Shown in pieces: positions 31,819-41,967 of a stretch of 64,000 bases of DNA. Below the pieces are notes generated by a model. That model saw only the letters and a list, made by a program, of their open reading frames with translations. It did not search any database and was not told the DNA's origin. The position numbers and the translations under genes were made by a program. The number at the start of each line of letters is the position of its first letter. Positions within the stretch are counted from its first letter, which is position 1. The DNA is from Candidatus Hemicellulosilyticus sp. P3 (GTDB taxonomy: Bacteria; Bacteroidota; Bacteroidia; Bacteroidales; P3): the NCBI GenBank assembly GCA_001543385.1, contig LPNH01000005.1:17680-81679 (forward strand), read 5' to 3'.

Positions 31819-32391
31819 ATGGCTAGAAAAACTCCTGGATTGAATACAAGCGCCATGTCCGACATCTCGTTCCTGTTGCTGGCCTTCTTTCTGATGGTCT
31901 CCAACATCAACTCTGATTCGGGTATCGCCCGGCGTCTGCCCCCCCCGCTGCCGCCCAACCAAGACAAGCCAGAAGTTCGTGAACGCAATATCTTTGTAGT
32001 GAAAATCAACAGCCACGACCTGCTCCTTTTCAACGGCGAATACGGCCGTATTGAGGACTTGAAGGACCGTGCAAAGACCTTCTTGGGAAACCCGCAGGAT
32101 CTCCCCACACTTCCCGAAAAAGAGGAGTTGGACATCCCGTTGCTGGGCAAGACCCGTGTATCGAAAGGTGTGATTTCGCTGCAGAACGACCGCGGCACCT
32201 CGTATGACATGTACCTGCAGGTTCAGAACGAACTGGCAGCCGCCATCAACGAGATGCGCAACGAACTTTCAACCGACCGTTTTGGCAAAAAGTATGCTGA
32301 TTTGTCTGACTCACAGGCCGAAGCCATCGACAAGGCGATTCCTATCGCCATCTCGGAAGCCGAGCCTACAAAGATAGGAGAGAAGAAATAA
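31819..32391 (+). CDS. exbD: ExbD/TolR biopolymer transport protein
   Basis: N-terminal motif NTSAMSDISFLLLAFFLM. The start is set at ATG 31819. Confidence 0.87.
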   Translation: MARKTPGLNTSAMSDISFLLLAFFLMVSNINSDSGIARRLPPPLPPNQDKPEVRERNIFVVKINSHDLLLFNGEYGRIEDLKDRAKTFLGNPQDLPTLPEKEELDIPLLGKTRVSKGVISLQNDRGTSYDMYLQVQNELAAAINEMRNELSTDRFGKKYADLSDSQAEAIDKAIPIAISEAEPTKIGEKK

Positions 32392-32861
32392 TGGCACGAT
32401 TCACCGGTAAAAAAGCGAAAGAGACGCCAGCCCTCAACATGGGCTCGATGTCCGACATTATCTTCATGTTGCTCTTCTTCTTCATGGTTATCACCACCAT
32501 GCGCGAGAGTTCACTCTATGTGAAAATCATCCCGCCGCAGGGAACCGAAGTCAGCAAACTTGAGAAAAAAAGTTTGGTAAGCTACATCAACGTGGGTGTA
32601 CCGCTGCCCGACCAACAGAAAAAGTTTGGCACGGACAGCCGTATACAGTTGAACGACCAGATTGCCGAAGTCTCCGACATCATCCAGTTTGTCGAACTGG
32701 AGAAGTCGTCTCGGCCCGAAGCGGACCGGCCGTTCATCACCACCGCAATCAAGGCCGATAAGGACACCAAAATGGGCCTCATCAGCGACATCAAGCAAGA
32801 ACTTCGTGCCGCCGGAGCCTTCAAAATCTTCTACAACGCCCGCAAAGCCGAACGCAAATAA
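32391..32861 (+). CDS. exbD: ExbD/TolR biopolymer transport protein (second copy)
   Basis: N-terminal motif NMGSMSDIIFMLLFFFMV. Its ATG overlaps the stop of the previous gene. Confidence 0.87.
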   Translation: MARFTGKKAKETPALNMGSMSDIIFMLLFFFMVITTMRESSLYVKIIPPQGTEVSKLEKKSLVSYINVGVPLPDQQKKFGTDSRIQLNDQIAEVSDIIQFVELEKSSRPEADRPFITTAIKADKDTKMGLISDIKQELRAAGAFKIFYNARKAERK

Positions 32862-33060
32862 GGCCCGGCAAGCGCATTCTACATTAAAAAGAACAGCGGC
32901 GAGCATCCTAATCGGCACTCGCCGCTGTTCTTTTTATTCCAGTAGGTGACATCCGTTATTTCATGACATTTTGTTTGACTGAAGTGAGAGACACGGATAA
33001 TGAATCTGTCAAAATAAAAATGCATTGGGCCCGTTGTCGCGCATTGCGGAAAAAAAATTG

Positions 33061-33068
33061 TATATTTG
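33061..33068 (+). promoter_or_regulatory. Bacteroidota -7 box (TAnnTTTG)
   Basis: TATATTTG lies 26 nt upstream of ATG 33094. Confidence 0.4.
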
Positions 33069-33093
33069 TATTTTCTTTTCGAGTCTGATCATT

Positions 33094-34197
33094 ATGACAA
33101 AACGTTTTATTGTTTTGCTGAGCGCAGCGATAGCGCTGTCGGGATGCGGCAACCGCACGCATTATACTATTGACGGGCATCTGGAAGGCGATGTGTATGA
33201 GGGTGCGCCTGTTTATCTGGTCGATGCCGCCACCCAGATGCCGGTGGATTCCACCCTGCTGACCAACGGCACATTCCGCTTCGAGGGTGAATCGAAACAG
33301 CCCTATGTTGCATATCTGGTTGCGGCGACCGCCTACGGAACGGCACAGTCGGCCTGTGTTGTGGAGCCGGGCAACATCTATATTGACTTGCTCAGCGACT
33401 CACTGGCGGGCACACCGCTCAACGACAAGATGTATGCTTTCACGCTGGCGTCGCAGCAAGCGGATTTCGCTACCGGGATGTCCACCTATCTGGCACTCTA
33501 TCGCAGCGCCACCAGCGCCGAGGAGCGCCGCATGGCGGAGACTGCCTACGACAGCATTGACGCCCTGCGCGTAGCCGCCCTGTCGGATGCTGCCAAGAAT
33601 ACATACAATGAGAACAAAGACAATGTGCTCGGAGCTTTTACACTGACACTCTGGGCCACCGAGGCGCACCCCACCGCCACCGAGGTGGAGGAGTTGCTGG
33701 CCCCTGCCGCCGAAACAGTGAGGACGTATGCACCCCTGCGGAGTATACTGAATCAGTTGCACGCCATCGAGAGCACGGCCGCCGGCAGACACTATACCGA
33801 CATCGACGGCATCGATTTTGCCACAGGCCAAGCCGGCAAACTAAGCCAAATGATTGACGGACACGTGGCGCTGGTGGATTTTTGGGCCTCGTGGTGCCAT
33901 CCCTGCCGTCAGGAAATCAGTGAGAACCTTATCCGTATTTATAAGCAGTATGCCACGAAGGGGTTGCAGGTTGTCGGAGTCGATGTGTGGGATCAGCCCG
34001 AACGTCACGCCAAGGCTGTCGCTGAGATGGGCATCACCTATCCGCAACTTATCGACACAACACGTAACGCCACTACAGTTTACGGCATCAACGGCATACC
34101 GCAGATAGTGCTCATCGACGCTGACGGCACCATCATCGCTCGCGATCTGCGCGGTGACGAAATTGAACAGGCCGTTATCGCGGCTTTGAACAAATAA
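33094..34197 (+). CDS. TlpA-family thiol:disulfide oxidoreductase lipoprotein
   Basis: It has a lipobox (AIALSGCG) and a CxxC motif in FWASWCHPCRQE. The start is set at ATG 33094. Confidence 0.85.
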   Translation: MTKRFIVLLSAAIALSGCGNRTHYTIDGHLEGDVYEGAPVYLVDAATQMPVDSTLLTNGTFRFEGESKQPYVAYLVAATAYGTAQSACVVEPGNIYIDLLSDSLAGTPLNDKMYAFTLASQQADFATGMSTYLALYRSATSAEERRMAETAYDSIDALRVAALSDAAKNTYNENKDNVLGAFTLTLWATEAHPTATEVEELLAPAAETVRTYAPLRSILNQLHAIESTAAGRHYTDIDGIDFATGQAGKLSQMIDGHVALVDFWASWCHPCRQEISENLIRIYKQYATKGLQVVGVDVWDQPERHAKAVAEMGITYPQLIDTTRNATTVYGINGIPQIVLIDADGTIIARDLRGDEIEQAVIAALNK

Positions 34198-34222
34198 ACT
34201 TTATTCTCTAAATTATACACCA

Positions 34223-35623
34223 ATGAAAACCCGGACCGTATTTTTGACGCTGCTCGCGCTGACAACGGGCGTGCCGGCTCAGACTCCGCAGGGAGGTATT
34301 TCACCTGCCATGATGCAGCAGATGCAGAAACAGTATAAGGGCGATGCTGCCGACAAGGCCATACGCAACGTGCTGGTGAACAACAGCCCCACCAAGATGG
34401 CTCAGAATTTTGACAATGCCACCCGATTCGATGCGCATTTTTCCAACCGGGTGGTGAGCAAAGCCATCACCAACCAGAAATCCAGCGGACGTTGCTGGAT
34501 GTTCACCGGACTGAACGTTCTGCGCAACAAAACTATACGCGAACATAACCTGCCGGCGGATTTTCAGTTTTCGCAGGCCTACCTGTTTTTCTACGACCAA
34601 CTGGAGAAGTCGAATTTATTTCTACAGGCCATTATCGACACTTACAATAAGCCGATGAGCGACCAAGAGGTGGAATGGCTTTTCAAAAACCCGCTCAGCG
34701 ACGGCGGCCAGTTTACAGGTGTGGCCAATCTGGTCAGCAAATACGGATTGGTGCCGGGCGATGTTATGCCTGAGACTTACAATACCAACAACACTTCTTC
34801 TATCAGCAGCCTGTTGAAGCTGAAACTACGCGAGGACGGTTTGGCGCTGCGCGAGATGGCCTCCAAACCTGGCATGACGTCAGCGCAACTCGAATCGGCC
34901 AAGACCGACATGCTGGCAACGATATACCGTATGCTTTCGCTGACCATGGGCGAGCCACCGACCCGTTTCACATGGACTCATCGCAACGCAAACGGGGATG
35001 TTGTATCGACCGAATCGTACACTCCGATGTCGTTCTACGAAGAGTTTGCCAAGACAGACTTTTCGAAGTACTATATGGTTATGAACGATCCCACCCGCGA
35101 GTATTACAAGGTGTACGAGATACAGTATGACCGGCATGTGTATGACGGCCAGAACTGGCGCTATCTGAACCTGCCTATGGAAGATATCGCCCCTATGTGC
35201 ATTGCCTCCATCGAAGACAGCACGATGATGTATTTCAGCTGCGACGTGGGAAAATTCCTGGATCGGGAAAAAGGACTGCTGGACCTGAACAACTTTGACT
35301 ATGCCTCGCTGATGGGCACCACCTTCAGCATGGACAAACGGCAAAGGGTGGCCTCGTTCGCCAGCGGAAGCAGCCATGCCATGACTCTTTGTGCCGTGGA
35401 TTTGGACGACAGCAACAAGCCGCGCAAATGGATGGTGGAGAACAGTTGGGGTGCAGACAACGGCTATCACGGATTTTTGATTATGACCAATGAGTGGTTC
35501 AACGAATATATGTTCCGTGTGGTACTGGAAGAGAAGTATATCCCCAAAAAGATACGCAAGATGCTGGATCAGGAGCCCATTATGCTGCCCGCATGGGATC
35601 CGATGTTCGCGCCTGAAGAGTAG
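34223..35623 (+). CDS. pepC: Aminopeptidase C / bleomycin-hydrolase-like C1B cysteine peptidase
   Basis: It has the active-site QKSSGRCWMF, a C-terminal HAMTL..., and ENSWG. Confidence 0.9.
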   Translation: MKTRTVFLTLLALTTGVPAQTPQGGISPAMMQQMQKQYKGDAADKAIRNVLVNNSPTKMAQNFDNATRFDAHFSNRVVSKAITNQKSSGRCWMFTGLNVLRNKTIREHNLPADFQFSQAYLFFYDQLEKSNLFLQAIIDTYNKPMSDQEVEWLFKNPLSDGGQFTGVANLVSKYGLVPGDVMPETYNTNNTSSISSLLKLKLREDGLALREMASKPGMTSAQLESAKTDMLATIYRMLSLTMGEPPTRFTWTHRNANGDVVSTESYTPMSFYEEFAKTDFSKYYMVMNDPTREYYKVYEIQYDRHVYDGQNWRYLNLPMEDIAPMCIASIEDSTMMYFSCDVGKFLDREKGLLDLNNFDYASLMGTTFSMDKRQRVASFASGSSHAMTLCAVDLDDSNKPRKWMVENSWGADNGYHGFLIMTNEWFNEYMFRVVLEEKYIPKKIRKMLDQEPIMLPAWDPMFAPEE

Positions 35624-35681
35624 ACGGAGATTGCTGTTGAAAGATATAAACCAAAACTATTAACAACTATATCATTACAAC

Positions 35682-36950
35682 ATGAAGAAAGTATTTGCAA
35701 TGGTCGGCTTGCTGGCCGTCTGCAGTGTCTCATTTGCACAGGAGACGCAGAAAGAAGAAAAAAAGGATTCGGGCTATGTGTTCACCAACACCAAGGTGCT
35801 GCCCGTCACCTCGATCAAGAATCAGGACCGCGCCGGCACCTGCTGGTGCTACAGCGGACTGGCTTTTATTGAAAGTGAGTTGTTGCGCATGGGCAAGGGC
35901 GAATTTGACCTGAGCGAGATGTACATTGTGAGCAAGACTTACATGGACCGTGCCATGGCGGCTGTGCGCACCCACGGCGACGTGAGCTTTGCCCAAGGCG
36001 GTTCTTTCTATGATGTTATCTACGGTATGAAGCATTACGGTCTGGTCCCGGAAGAGTTCATGCGTCCCGGTGTGATGTACGGCGACACGCTGTCGAAACA
36101 CAGCGAGCTGTCAGCGCTGACCGATGCCATGGTGAAAGCCATCGCCAAAGGCGACCACAAGAAACTGCAGACCAACAAGAATAATGAACTGTTGTGGTAC
36201 AAGGCGGTGCAAGCCGTACACGACACCTATCTGGGTGTGTGCCCCACCGAGTTTGAATACAAAGGCAAGAAATACACCCCGCAGAGTTTCTATGAGTCTT
36301 TGGGGTTGAATGCCGACGATTATGTATCTATCACCAGCTATACACACCACCCTTTCTACGAGAAGTTTGTGTTGGAGATTCAAGACAACTGGCGCTGGAG
36401 CCAATGCTATAATGTGCCGATAGACGAGATGATGGAGATTTTTGACAACGCCATCGCCAACGGCTACACGATTGCCTGGGGCGCCGACGTGAGCGAAGAT
36501 GGTTTCCGCAAGGGTGTGCGCGACGGATACTGCGTGCTGCCCGACCTGGATGGCACCAGCACTGATATGACCGGCAGCGACATGGCGCATTGGACGGGTC
36601 TGAGCAAAGCCGACCGTGCCAAGGAGGCTTTCGCCCACCCCACCCCGCAGCGCTGGGTGACCCAGGAGGAACGTCAGCTGGGCTACGACAACTGGGAGAC
36701 CACCGACGACCACGGCATGCAGATCTATGGTACCGCCACCGACCAAACTGGCAATGAGTACTATATGGTAAAGAACAGCTGGGGTAAAGTGTACAAGTAT
36801 GACGGTATGTTTTACGTAAGCAAGGCTTTTGCCCGCTACAAGACAATGAACATCGTAGTGCATAAAGACGCCATTCCTGCCGCCATCAAAGCCAAGCTGG
36901 GCATCGACGGCAACAGCAACGCCAAAGGAACCAAAAAAGGCAAAAAATAA
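35682..36950 (+). CDS. C1-family cysteine peptidase (aminopeptidase C-like paralog)
   Basis: It has a signal peptide, the active-site QDRAGTCWCYSG, and KNSWG. Confidence 0.87.
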   Translation: MKKVFAMVGLLAVCSVSFAQETQKEEKKDSGYVFTNTKVLPVTSIKNQDRAGTCWCYSGLAFIESELLRMGKGEFDLSEMYIVSKTYMDRAMAAVRTHGDVSFAQGGSFYDVIYGMKHYGLVPEEFMRPGVMYGDTLSKHSELSALTDAMVKAIAKGDHKKLQTNKNNELLWYKAVQAVHDTYLGVCPTEFEYKGKKYTPQSFYESLGLNADDYVSITSYTHHPFYEKFVLEIQDNWRWSQCYNVPIDEMMEIFDNAIANGYTIAWGADVSEDGFRKGVRDGYCVLPDLDGTSTDMTGSDMAHWTGLSKADRAKEAFAHPTPQRWVTQEERQLGYDNWETTDDHGMQIYGTATDQTGNEYYMVKNSWGKVYKYDGMFYVSKAFARYKTMNIVVHKDAIPAAIKAKLGIDGNSNAKGTKKGKK

Positions 36951-37014
36951 TAACTGTAAATTCAGTGCTTGAAATGAGTTCCGGCAGCCACTGACATTGA
37001 AGGCTGTCATCATT

Positions 37015-37055
37015 GAAAAAACAAGAAGCTCCATCGGTGAGCTTCTTGTTTTTTA
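37015..37055. terminator. Bidirectional rho-independent terminator
   Basis: The sequence aaaaaacaagaagct-ccatcggtg-agcttcttgtttttt has A- and T-runs on either side of a 10-bp stem. It lies between convergent genes. Confidence 0.65.
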
Positions 37056-37082
37056 GTATATGCCGGCCAGATAGAGGTAAAA

Positions 37083-37991
37083 CTACCGAATATTACGCTG
37101 CCATTGGGCGTAATTGATGCGGTTGAGTGCACGGTGACGCGTCAAACGACGGAATGTCGCCTCGTCGGCGTGCTCAAGCGACTGCAGTTCGGACAGCTGC
37201 GCATCGCCGATCTGAACGCTGACAGGAGCCTGCATATTGTAGGGGCAGACCAGCTGGCAGCAGTCGCAACCGAAAGCGTAGCCACGGCGCTGCAGGCTCT
37301 CGGGCAGACGCGAAGCACGGCTCTCGACAGTATGGTAGGAGGTGCAACGACGGGCATCAAGACGACTACCGCCGTTCGGTCCGGATTGGAGGGCACGGTT
37401 GGGACAGGCGTCGAGGCAACGGTGACAGTCGCCACAACGATTTGCAACAGGAAGGTCGTAGCTGTCGACAAGTGTAACGGTGACAAGTTCAGCCAGAAAA
37501 CAGAGTGATCCGTAGGTGGGGTTGATGAGCAAGGTGTTGCGTCCCAGCCAGCCCAAACCGGCACGGACGGCCCAATGCTTATCGGCGACAGGGACTGTGT
37601 CGACACAGGGTTTGGCTTCGAAGCCGGGCTGAACCTGGCGGATGGCGGCAATGAGACGGAAGAGCATCTGCTTGATGCCGGTATGATAATCGTCGCCGTA
37701 GGCATACATGGCGATGCGGTTGTCTCCGCACATATAGCAAGAGGGCTTGTAGCCCAACAGCAACGAGATGACAGTCTGTGCGCCGGGCACAAGGAGCGCC
37801 GGGTCGTGACGCATGGCGACATGGCGCTCCATATAACGCATATCGGCATGGTTGCCCTCGGCGATCCATCGGTGCAGGCCCAATTCGTCAGCTGTCAGCG
37901 GTGTGGCGGCAGCGATGCCGCACGCATGGAAGCCGACGTCGAGAGCCAGCTGCTTGACAGTGGCGGCAGGGAGCATGTTGGCGTCGGACAA
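37083..37991 (-). CDS. queG: tRNA epoxyqueuosine(34) reductase
   Basis: It has a DUF1730-like N-terminus and 4Fe-4S dicluster motifs (CGDCHRCLDACP, CDCCQLVCP). Confidence 0.88.
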   Translation of the reverse strand: MSDANMLPAATVKQLALDVGFHACGIAAATPLTADELGLHRWIAEGNHADMRYMERHVAMRHDPALLVPGAQTVISLLLGYKPSCYMCGDNRIAMYAYGDDYHTGIKQMLFRLIAAIRQVQPGFEAKPCVDTVPVADKHWAVRAGLGWLGRNTLLINPTYGSLCFLAELVTVTLVDSYDLPVANRCGDCHRCLDACPNRALQSGPNGGSRLDARRCTSYHTVESRASRLPESLQRRGYAFGCDCCQLVCPYNMQAPVSVQIGDAQLSELQSLEHADEATFRRLTRHRALNRINYAQWQRNIR

Positions 37992-37997
37992 GGCAGG

Positions 37998-39224
37998 TCA
38001 GTCTTGCGGGGTTTGCGCCTTGGCTTTGCGGCTGCCTTCGTAAAGCTCGAAGCGGAGCAGACGGCAGTCAAGGGAGCCGTTGAGCAGAGCGATTTTACGG
38101 GAGGGTTTGAGGCCGATGTGTTTCATGGCCTCGAAGTCAGAGGTGATGAGCCACACTTCGCATTGGTCGCCATAGAGGCGTTTGAAGGTGTCACCCAGCT
38201 GGGTGTACATGGCGTTGAGGTCGGCGACTTTGATACGTTCACCGTAAGGCGGGTTGGTGACGATGAGGGTACGGCCCTGCGGAGGCTCCTGCTGTTCGAA
38301 AGAATTGTGGTAGAGCATGACATCCTTGTGAAGCTTGGTGTATTCCAGGTTTTTCTCAGCCTGCTGCAGCACTTGCATGTCAATATCGTTGCCCCATATT
38401 TCGTAGTCGAAGTCGCCTTGACCGATTTTACGGTTTTCGGCCTCCTTGACGCTTTTCCACTCTCCGAGGTTGAACTCTTTCCAGAGTTTGAAGGCGAAAC
38501 GGTCGCCACGGTAGTATTGGGCGGGGATGTTGTTGGCCATCATGGCGGCTTCGATGAGCAAGGTGCCGGAACCACACATAGGGTCATAGAAGTTGCAGTC
38601 ACATTGCCAGCCGGCGAGCTTGATGAGGCCTGCGGCGAGAACTTCGTTGAGCGGAGCCACACCAACGCCTTGGCGGTAGCCGCGCTTATGGAGGGATTCG
38701 CCGCTGGAGTTAATTAGCAGGGTGACATGGGTGTCGACGATATGGAGGTTGAATTTGTAGTCGGCATTCTCGGTGTCGACTGTGGGGCGTTGGCCAAAGT
38801 TACGACGGAAGCGGTCGGCGATGGCGTCTTTGGTCTTCAGGGCGGCGTAGTAGGAATGGGTGAATACCTCGCCGGAGGTTGTGCTGTCTATCATAAAAGT
38901 GCAGTCGACATCCATTATCTTCTCCCAACGCAGCCGATAGACCTGGTCATAGAGTTCCTGTTCGTTGGCAGCCTCGAATTCGGCAAAAGGTTTCAGGATG
39001 GCCAAGGCGGTGCGACAGGTATAGTTGGCTCGATAGAGCACGCGCATGTCACCCGTAAAAGACACGGCACGGTTCAGGGGCTCGACGTCGGTGGCGCCGC
39101 ATGCACGCAACTCATCGGACAATATGTCTTCGAAACCCATCATGGTTTTGGCTATCATTTTGAAACGACGGCTGTCGTCGGCTGGCAGGTTAACGGCTTG
39201 TCCGTTTTGTTTGGTAATAATCAT
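37998..39224 (-). CDS. THUMP-domain class I SAM-dependent RNA methyltransferase (RlmL/UPF0020-like)
   Basis: An N-terminal THUMP-like region is followed by DPMCGSGT and TNPPYGERI motifs. Confidence 0.87.
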   Translation of the reverse strand: MIITKQNGQAVNLPADDSRRFKMIAKTMMGFEDILSDELRACGATDVEPLNRAVSFTGDMRVLYRANYTCRTALAILKPFAEFEAANEQELYDQVYRLRWEKIMDVDCTFMIDSTTSGEVFTHSYYAALKTKDAIADRFRRNFGQRPTVDTENADYKFNLHIVDTHVTLLINSSGESLHKRGYRQGVGVAPLNEVLAAGLIKLAGWQCDCNFYDPMCGSGTLLIEAAMMANNIPAQYYRGDRFAFKLWKEFNLGEWKSVKEAENRKIGQGDFDYEIWGNDIDMQVLQQAEKNLEYTKLHKDVMLYHNSFEQQEPPQGRTLIVTNPPYGERIKVADLNAMYTQLGDTFKRLYGDQCEVWLITSDFEAMKHIGLKPSRKIALLNGSLDCRLLRFELYEGSRKAKAQTPQD

Positions 39225-39271
39225 GGATAGAGAGTATCTAAGAGGTGTTGGCTAATATGACATTTGTTGCA

Positions 39272-40102
39272 TCAATCGCTGACCAACGAGAGGTCAAGGC
39301 TGCGGATATGATGTGTGAGTGCGCCGACAGAGATAAAATCGACTCCTGTTTCGGCGTAGCTGCGCAAAGTGGCCTCCGTAATGCCGCCGCTGGCCTCGGT
39401 GTCGTATCGACGACCGATGCGGCGCACCGCCTCGCTGAGGGTGGGTATGTCGAAGTTGTCAAGCATGATGCGGTCGACCCCGCCGTGCTGCATCACGCGC
39501 TCCAATTCAGCAAGTGAACGCACCTCTATCTCTATGCGGAGCTGTCGGCCGGTGCGCGACAGGTAGTCGCGGGTGCGATCGATAGCAGCCTCGATGCCGC
39601 CGGCAAAATCGATGTGGTTGTCTTTGAGCATGATCATGTCGTAGAGGCCGATACGGTGATTGGTGCCGCCACCGCACCGCACAGCGTATTTCTCAAGCAT
39701 ACGCATATTGGGAGTGGTCTTGCGGGTGTCGAGCAAACGGGTGTCGAGACCGTCGAGCAACGCCACCATGCGGTGAGTCTGTGTGGCGATGCCACTGAGG
39801 CGCTGCATAAAGTTAAGCACGGTACGCTCAGCGGTGAGTATGGATGCTGAAGCACCTGCCACGCGCAGCACCACGTCACCGCTCCTCACTGGGTCGCCGT
39901 CGCGGAGGAGGCATTCGACGTGCAGTTCCGGGTCAACTTGATGGAAAACTTTTTCGCCCACTTCAAGTCCGCAGATGATGCCGTCCTGTTTGGCCACAAT
40001 GCGGGCACGGCCCTGAGCCTGCGGCGGTATGCACGCCAAGGTGCTGTGATCTCCGTCGCCGATGTCCTCGCGGAGGGCCATGCGGATAATTTCGTCTGTC
40101 AT
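39272..40102 (-). CDS. nadC: Nicotinate-nucleotide diphosphorylase (carboxylating)
   Basis: MTDEIIRMALREDIGDGDHST... and the length (276 aa) are typical of NadC. The upstream 138 codons of the ORF-track entry have atypical composition and overlap cinA, so the start is set at 40102. Confidence 0.92.
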   Translation of the reverse strand: MTDEIIRMALREDIGDGDHSTLACIPPQAQGRARIVAKQDGIICGLEVGEKVFHQVDPELHVECLLRDGDPVRSGDVVLRVAGASASILTAERTVLNFMQRLSGIATQTHRMVALLDGLDTRLLDTRKTTPNMRMLEKYAVRCGGGTNHRIGLYDMIMLKDNHIDFAGGIEAAIDRTRDYLSRTGRQLRIEIEVRSLAELERVMQHGGVDRIMLDNFDIPTLSEAVRRIGRRYDTEASGGITEATLRSYAETGVDFISVGALTHHIRSLDLSLVSD

Positions 40103-40246
40103 GATGTATGTTTTACGCCAAGGGGGCAGCGACGACAGGTCGCCACCATTCGAATGAAAGGACAAAGATACGAAAGAATTTTGAATGGAGGCGGCCCGTT
40201 GCAGCGCTTCTCGTTGTGAAGCGCTGCGATGTCGGGGATAATTGCG

Positions 40247-40254
40247 TATCTTTG
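40247..40254 (+). promoter_or_regulatory. Bacteroidota -7 box (TAnnTTTG) immediately upstream of cinA
   Basis: TATCTTTG ends 5 nt before the cinA ATG (40260). Confidence 0.35.
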
Positions 40255-40259
40255 CAGCC

Positions 40260-41516
40260 ATGAAAATTGCGATTCTGAATATCGGAGACGAACTGCTTAT
40301 CGGGCAGGTTGTGAACAGCAACGCCGCCGGCATGGGACGGCGGCTGACGGCGGCAGGTATGTCGGTGGGCGAAGTATGTACGGTGGGTGACGACGCCACG
40401 GCGATCGAGGAGTCACTGCAACGACTGCTGCAACGGCACGATGCTGTGTTGATGACCGGAGGACTGGGACCCACAAAGGATGACATAACAAAAACGGTGC
40501 TGTGCCGTTTTTTCAACAGCGAACTAATCGAGGATGAGTCCGTTTACAGGAACATCCGCCGTATTTTTGCCGCACGAGGCTACGCCATGAGCGAGACGAA
40601 CCGGCGACAGGCGTGGGTGCCGCGATGCTGTACGGTGCTGAACAACGAATGGGGCACGGCGCCAGGCATGTGGTTTGAGACGAAGGAAGGCAAGACGGTG
40701 GTGTCGTTGCCAGGGGTGCCGTATGAGATGGAGCTGTTGATGGATACGGCCGTGGTACCCAGGCTGCGCAGCCATTTCGGCACTGACTGCATTTTGATTA
40801 AGAACGTTTTGGTGCAGGGCATCGGCGAGTCGTTTCTAAGCGACCGTATTGAGCCATGGGAACTGGATCTGCCGGGTAATATCAAGCTGGCTTATCTGCC
40901 GATGGCCGGCATGGTGAAGCTGCGTCTGACGGCAAGAGGCAGGCACGAGAAACCGCTACGGGCGCAACTGGACGAGGCAGTGAAGGCCCTCTACACAATG
41001 GCCGGCGATTACATTGCGGGCGAGGACTGCGAGACACTGCAGGAGTTGGTGTCGCAGGTTTTCACCAAGGCAGGTGTCACGCTGGCCACAGCAGAGAGCT
41101 GCACAGGAGGCATGCTGGCGGCACAGCTGACAGCGCTGCCCGGTGCATCGGCCTATTTCCGTGGCGGGGCGGTGGCTTACAGCAACGAAGCCAAGGAGAC
41201 GTTGCTGGGCGTAAGGCACGCGACGCTGGAGGCACACGGCGCGGTGAGCGAGGAGACGGCACGCGAAATGGCCGAAGGGGTGCGGCAAAGACTGGGGGCC
41301 GATTTCGGGGCTGCCACGACGGGCATCGCGGGTCCCGGCGGCGGAAGCAGAGAAAAGCCGGTGGGCACAGTGTGGGTGGCGCTGGCATCGGCCCAAGGCA
41401 CTGAGACACGTCTGCTGCACTACGGTGACCGAAGGCTGCAGACAATTGACCGCACATGCAATCAACTGTATGCCGATTTGGTGAGAATGGCACGTAAGGT
41501 GTCTACACTGCAATAA
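40260..41516 (+). CDS. cinA: CinA-family competence/damage-inducible protein (MoCF-binding + nicotinamide-nucleotide amidohydrolase domains)
   Basis: It has MKIAILNIGDELLIGQVVNSN at the N-terminus and the C-terminal ATAESCTGGMLA motif. Confidence 0.92.
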   Translation: MKIAILNIGDELLIGQVVNSNAAGMGRRLTAAGMSVGEVCTVGDDATAIEESLQRLLQRHDAVLMTGGLGPTKDDITKTVLCRFFNSELIEDESVYRNIRRIFAARGYAMSETNRRQAWVPRCCTVLNNEWGTAPGMWFETKEGKTVVSLPGVPYEMELLMDTAVVPRLRSHFGTDCILIKNVLVQGIGESFLSDRIEPWELDLPGNIKLAYLPMAGMVKLRLTARGRHEKPLRAQLDEAVKALYTMAGDYIAGEDCETLQELVSQVFTKAGVTLATAESCTGGMLAAQLTALPGASAYFRGGAVAYSNEAKETLLGVRHATLEAHGAVSEETAREMAEGVRQRLGADFGAATTGIAGPGGGSREKPVGTVWVALASAQGTETRLLHYGDRRLQTIDRTCNQLYADLVRMARKVSTLQ

Positions 41517-41527
41517 TAAACAGAAGG

Positions 41528-41914
41528 ATGCAGGCTATGCCCAAAAGTTTGATTACGGTTTTGATGTTAGTGGTCTCGAACGTTTTGATGACGTTTGCCT
41601 GGTACGGCAATCTTAAACTGCAGGAGATGAAGATTTCGACAGATTGGCCGCTCTTTCTTATCATCCTGGCATCGTGGGGACTGGCATTTTTCGAATACTG
41701 TTTTATGATTCCGGCGAACCGCATTGGATCACAAATTACGGGAGGCCCTTTCTCGCTGATGCAGTTGAAGATTATTCAAGAAGCGCTGTCGCTGCTGGTG
41801 TTCACGGTAGTGGTGTCTTTCATGTTCAAAAACGAGCCTGTCCGATGGAACCATCTGGTTTCGTTCGGATTTATCCTGCTGGCGGTGGTGTTCGCCTTTC
41901 TCGGAAAGCGTTAG
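41528..41914 (+). CDS. DMT-superfamily small membrane protein (DUF486-like)
   Basis: A 128-aa protein with 4 TM segments and the N-terminal pattern VSNVLMTFAWYGNLK. Confidence 0.75.
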   Translation: MQAMPKSLITVLMLVVSNVLMTFAWYGNLKLQEMKISTDWPLFLIILASWGLAFFEYCFMIPANRIGSQITGGPFSLMQLKIIQEALSLLVFTVVVSFMFKNEPVRWNHLVSFGFILLAVVFAFLGKR

Positions 41915-41967
41915 TGGACCCCTGCGTCGGCCGGAGGGTTCGAAGATGTCCGCCCCCCCCGTTGGGT

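Noticed and set aside
34223-36950. Tandem C1-family peptidase paralogs next to thiol-oxidoreductase genes as a possible 'system'
   Set aside because: These are ordinary housekeeping-type secreted peptidases with core-genome composition. Nothing in the sequence suggests more than a gene duplication.
40103-40516. A 138-codon N-terminal extension of the nadC ORF (ORF track 39272..40516)
   Set aside because: The extension is Ser/Pro/Ala-rich, overlaps the cinA coding region on the other strand, and precedes a canonical NadC N-terminus starting at the ATG at 40102.
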